NCBI GenBank assembly: GCA_963924565.1 | Contig: OZ004615.1 | Location: 19,840,001-19,904,000 of the forward strand | DNA: 64,000 nt | Source: Ascidiella aspersa | Taxonomy: Eukaryota | Direction: 5' to 3' | In this document: positions 60,301-64,000 of the stretch, piece by piece | Numbering within the stretch: the first letter of the stretch is position 1 | Layout of the letters: each line of letters starts with the position of its first letter | The notes under the pieces: generated by a model | Seen by the model: only the letters and a program-made list of their open reading frames with translations | The model's database searches: none | What the model was told of the DNA's origin: nothing | Translations under genes and position numbers: made by a program

Positions 60301-63300
60301 ATCTGATACGAAATGATAGGGAAATTCAGAAATGATCTGCGATTAAACGCAAAAGTTTTTATCTTAAAATGTAAAGTTTTCGAAATACAGGTTTACAACT
60401 GGAGGTAACTGAACGTATTAAAACCCAAAGCAAAGGTTGGCATAATAACCTGGAAAAATACCTGAACTCATCAATTTTATCTATTTTCCTTGTTTGAACG
60501 TAGTAGGCTAATGACGTCATTTTGGTAGGGTCAGATCGCGATACTTTTTTCAAAAATTTATATCAAACAAAAACTTTTGATCCGCGCCTGGTGGTTTTGA
60601 TGCTCTAATTTTCGCCAGTACAGTCCTTAGTAAACAAAATGTCTTGATTGATATTTAAAACAGGTTCCTCTGGCAATATATATTATATATTATTATTAAT
60701 ATATATTGCCAGAGGAACCTGTTTTAAATATACTATGCCTGGTAGCAACAGCATATTTTTGTATTGATTGAGATAGAATTGTTTAAGTGCTTTGCTAATT
60801 TTCCATTACAAGCCAGTCAGCCACTGTTACATCCGTACGCATATAACCTCAGTTATTTAAGTTCTACCCTTATTCTGGTCATTGAGCGAAAAACCTCGCT
60901 TTACATGGGTAATTGATTTCTAATCAAGAAATAAACAAAAACAAGAAATGTTAGCGAACTAACCGCTCACAAACCTTTCCTGTCCAGACCTGGTCGTTGA
61001 TCAAGAGCAAAATGGAAGCAATTCGGAGTGAGCCGCAAATAGTTACTGATGACCAAGTCATCTTGCGTCAGCTGAACGATAATTTGGATGAGTTATTTCA
61101 AGTAGAAGATGATTGCCTAGTGTCCATAGAAGTTGTCACTAACAGGTAAAGAAACAAAGCGCTTTAATTGTTGTGGGCATGCGATTTGTTGATCACATAT
61201 TGAGGGATTTTGGTTTATTGTACAGTAGGTTTGGTTGGCTTGCGGACAGAACAAAAACGCCTTTCATGTAATATAGCAGAACCGTCAAAACATATGCTTT
61301 TAATGACTACACTAGGCACTAGGCAAGCAAGCTTGTGTACACAAAATTTTTATAACCGGCCCGCGATCGTAAATTTTAACTGTTATCAGGCACTTGATAA
61401 AAAAGTTTGGTTCATCCTTCTCCAATGTGGCTTCGGAATTCATTTTTGAACTGAATTACAAAACCGTGCAAAGTGTTTCCATTGGTTTACAGTATTTAAC
61501 GTGGCAAATATAGAAATTACCTTAAGGCGGCCCCAATATTATTACACTTGCGATAATTTAAAAACTATTAATAAAAATGAAAGGACAAAAACAACAAAAA
61601 TAAACCTCGAACTCTAGGTCTTATGAGTTATAAAAGTGCGTTATATTGGCATTTTAGGAAATATAGAACTTATTATACTATCTATGTTGGGTTGTACCAT
61701 TCACCTTAAACAATATGACGTTCTATAGAAGCCTTTAAAAACAAATCGCAGAAACCACCCATATTTAACCGAAAAAAGTTGTAAAATGTTATAAAAACTA
61801 ATCTTTAAACATAATCACGTGTGAAAATTGCGTAAGTTGAAGTTTGATGACAGTCCAGTTTGTAGGTTTTTTTTTATTTTATTTTGTGTTTGAAAAGTAT
61901 ATCCAGCATATCATGCCTATTTTGGAGATTCGCTGTTTTATATGTCTCGTCTTGCTTATAGAAAAGAAACTCGCGTGAAAATCACAGGGAGCCTGCAAAA
62001 TGTTAGCCTGGCGAAAGAAAAGTGCCAAGAGCTGGCGGAATTGTGGGTGGTAATGAAGAAATCGAAATCAGATGTTGAACCTGTTCAGGCTGCCCAAACC
62101 CAAGACACCTTTACGCAAACTGAACATGACCAAAGGACCGACGACCTAAGTAATTTGGACGTATCGCCACCGGAGCCGCACTCCATCAATGATAGGTAAA
62201 ACCGAGTTTGAAAATGCAAGCTGCGTAAATTGGAGAAAGACTGCCGGACTTTGTTTTATCGTAACAACTCAGACGTATTAAAGCGATGTGGATTTTACTC
62301 GTCACTTTCATTAGTTTTTGTTTTGACTTTTATGGTCCGTTTAAATACTGATTTTTGGTGGTTGCCTGCACCAAATAAAGAAACAAAAAACTTTAATATT
62401 AACGAGGTTCTTTTTTTGGAAACCCTACCGCGAAGATCAAAAGATTTTTTCACCGAGATTAATTACACTGCTTTAGGGGTTTTAAACTTACTGTTTTGAA
62501 ATAAAATTGTTGCTATAGTATAGTGAAAGGGTCCTAGGCAGGCAACAAGTTGATTAGCGCCACGTGCAGCACAAAGGGTTGCTGCTTTCTTGGCATATTT
62601 ATAACACCTTAAAACAGTGGTTTTCAACATTTTATGGCTTGCGGCACCCCTCAGAAATAGTAAATAGATTGCGGCAATCCTACAATATTTTTCCGTGATT
62701 AATTCACTAAAATGTCACCATAAACTAAACTGGAACAACACACATTAACTCTATACAACGTAGGAAGTTATAATTGGATTTATTCCACTCTAATCCTACA
62801 CAAAAAGTTGTAAGAGTTGAGCAAAAATTAGATTCCTAAAGATTCTCAAATATGTCTCGACACCCTTAACCATTAGAAATGACACCCAGGGTGCCGCGAC
62901 ACCTCCGCTGAGAACCACTGCCCTAGAAAGTAAAACAGCAATTTGAAAAAGAAGCAATTTTGGGCGCGTTGCCTTAATAAAGGATAATAAAGAGTCTAAA
63001 TATTACAGAGACGCAAAGCAACAGTCAAGCAAATACTCCGATGCCAGCGATTCCAGTACCGAAAACGAAGAACACCCGGCAAGGCAGGACCAGGATGAGC
63101 CCTCAAGCGAAAAAGAAGTCCCTCGTAAGCCGCCAATTGCTATCACGAAGGAAAAGATTGTTCCAGAACCGGGACACAAAGTGGCCGACGCCCACCAAAC
63201 GCCCTCGCCCAGAAAACTGAGCGGCAGCGACAAGAGCAATGACGACGAGGAATTTCACGACGCTGTAGAGTCTCCGTACAGCGAAGCCAACGATCCAGAC

Positions 63301-64000
63301 CATTCAAGGGCGAGAAATCCGCAGCGGCAGGATTCCCTCGATCGACCCGAGAGAGGCGAGAGCTCTCGAAAGCACTCGGGAAGCGAAGATCAAGGAGTAA
63401 AAGCAACAGATCTTCCAGGTCGGCCTAACCCTAAAGATGAAGCTGAAAGTTGCTCTTCTTCCATTGCTTCTGTTGAGGTTGAGGCGAAGTCTCGAGAAGG
63501 TGCCAAGTCGAAGATGAGTTTGGCTGCAAACTTTCCTGCCTCTGGTTCAAGCAAGCGAGTCTTTTCCGACGAAGGTAAGATAAATCCGTGCGGTACCTAA
63601 GGCGAATTATTGTTTGCGCTTTATGTAACAATACAAGACACAACTTTTAAGATGTGAAATATTTTGGCAGAACTAAACGGCATGTGCGATTTTTCAACGT
63701 GTAAATATACGTCTTTATTAATCCTGGCCATGCCACGAATTAGTCTTAAATTTTTGCGTTCACAAGTAAACTTTGTGGACAATGCTTTGCTTACACATGC
63801 TAGGGAGTGCCAGAGGTTTTTATCGATTTTTAGCTTAAAAATGACAAATAGCAAAATTTAAACTGCAAATCAAATTATAGGAAAAGTGAAGTGAAAACTG
63901 AGAAAAACAAAAAACAAAACAAAGTTCTACATTTTTCGTTTTTGCCTTGGTGTTTTAGATTGGGATAATTGGAGAACCCTTGACACGGATGAATGGCGAG
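48339..64000 (+). CDS. PARP14: Macro-domain mono-ADP-ribosyltransferase, PARP14/PARP9-like (5' part, 25 exons and ~1438 aa in window; continues beyond the right edge)
   Basis: Exons: 48339-48451, 48825-48976, 49087-49193, 49346-49490, 49601-49653, 49714-49876, 50356-50466, 51632-51796, 52526-52731, 53332-53531, 53604-53682, 53744-54023, 54760-54965, 55342-55504, 56129-56258, 56699-56903, 57143-57250, 57840-58026, 58389-58637, 59279-59437, 60036-60169, 60988-61145, 61962-62195, 63009-63574, 63959->end. All are phase-consistent. Macro 1: TDITEFHCDAIVNASN...TGAGKLPCKKIIHAVGP...SIAIPAISSGVFG. Macro 2: GDLSLDDSDVIVNPTN...SGNLPCKKIVH...SIALPAIGTG. RRM-like (IRIGDIPKDVCAEDI...IALVYF) and KH-like segments are also present. 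The catalytic domain is not in the window, so the symbol is family-level. Confidence 0.82.
55646..55894 (-). mobile_element. Dispersed repeat with internal tRNA-like cloverleaf (55723-55796; loop CTAGCTT, AGC triplet)
   Basis: Colinear with 22302-22551 over its whole length; A box TAGCTCAGTTGGTAGAGC and B box GAGTTCGAACC. Confidence 0.8.
57357..57823. mobile_element. GACTT-repeat MITE, near full length (hAT-like)
   Basis: TIRs CAGTGTTGTAA / TTACAACACGG; 8-bp flanks ACCTGTAC vs ATCTATAC (6/8). Confidence 0.8.
59701..59848. repeat. Fold-back of a second dispersed repeat module
   Basis: ATTCAATGAAACATG...TGTGTGTTAACCACTGTGATCTA / TAGATCACAGTGGTTAACACACA...CATGTTTCATTGAAT. Single arms also occur at ~22208-22293, ~28139-28190 and ~55898-55960. 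Confidence 0.75.
60651..60731. repeat. Perfect 35-bp inverted repeat with 11-nt AT spacer
   Basis: ATATTTAAAACAGGTTCCTCTGGCAATATATATTA (60651-60685) / TAATATATATTGCCAGAGGAACCTGTTTTAAATAT (60697-60731). Confidence 0.95.
62615..62920. mobile_element. hAT-type MITE
   Basis: TIRs CAGTGGTTTTCA / TGAGAACCACTG; flanks CCTTAAAA vs CCCTAGAA (6/8); GCGGCACCC subterminal motifs. Confidence 0.8.

Overview
Eukaryotic, intron-rich invertebrate genomic DNA. It is most consistent with a tunicate/ascidian (inference from short AT-rich introns, mosaic CpG content, dense hAT-type MITEs and chordate-like proteins). Hand-splicing gives three + strand genes with phase-consistent GT-AG exon chains. (1) A 3-exon, 173-aa secreted beta-microseminoprotein/PSP94-family gene, closest in motif to MSMP, very cationic and C-terminally extended (9475-12524). 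(2) A complete 32-exon, ~1557-aa CCDC180 orthologue (14054-46248) with an adjacent Forkhead + RFX X-box motif pair upstream. (3) A PARP9/PARP14-like RRM/KH-macro-macro-KH gene running off the right end (48339->64000), with NF-kB/IRF-like motifs upstream. A probable fourth gene starts on the - strand at the far left (TATA box, ATG and GTAAGT donor at ~950-700). The ~8.5 kb between it and the MSMP-like gene, plus several CCDC180 introns, hold CpG-rich, homeodomain-site-rich blocks that look like enhancers. Repeats include hAT MITEs with 8-bp TSDs, a repeat family carrying an internal tRNA-like cloverleaf, Penelope-type minimal hammerhead ribozyme relics, and several palindromes. Most entries in the ORF track are spurious or exon fragments.
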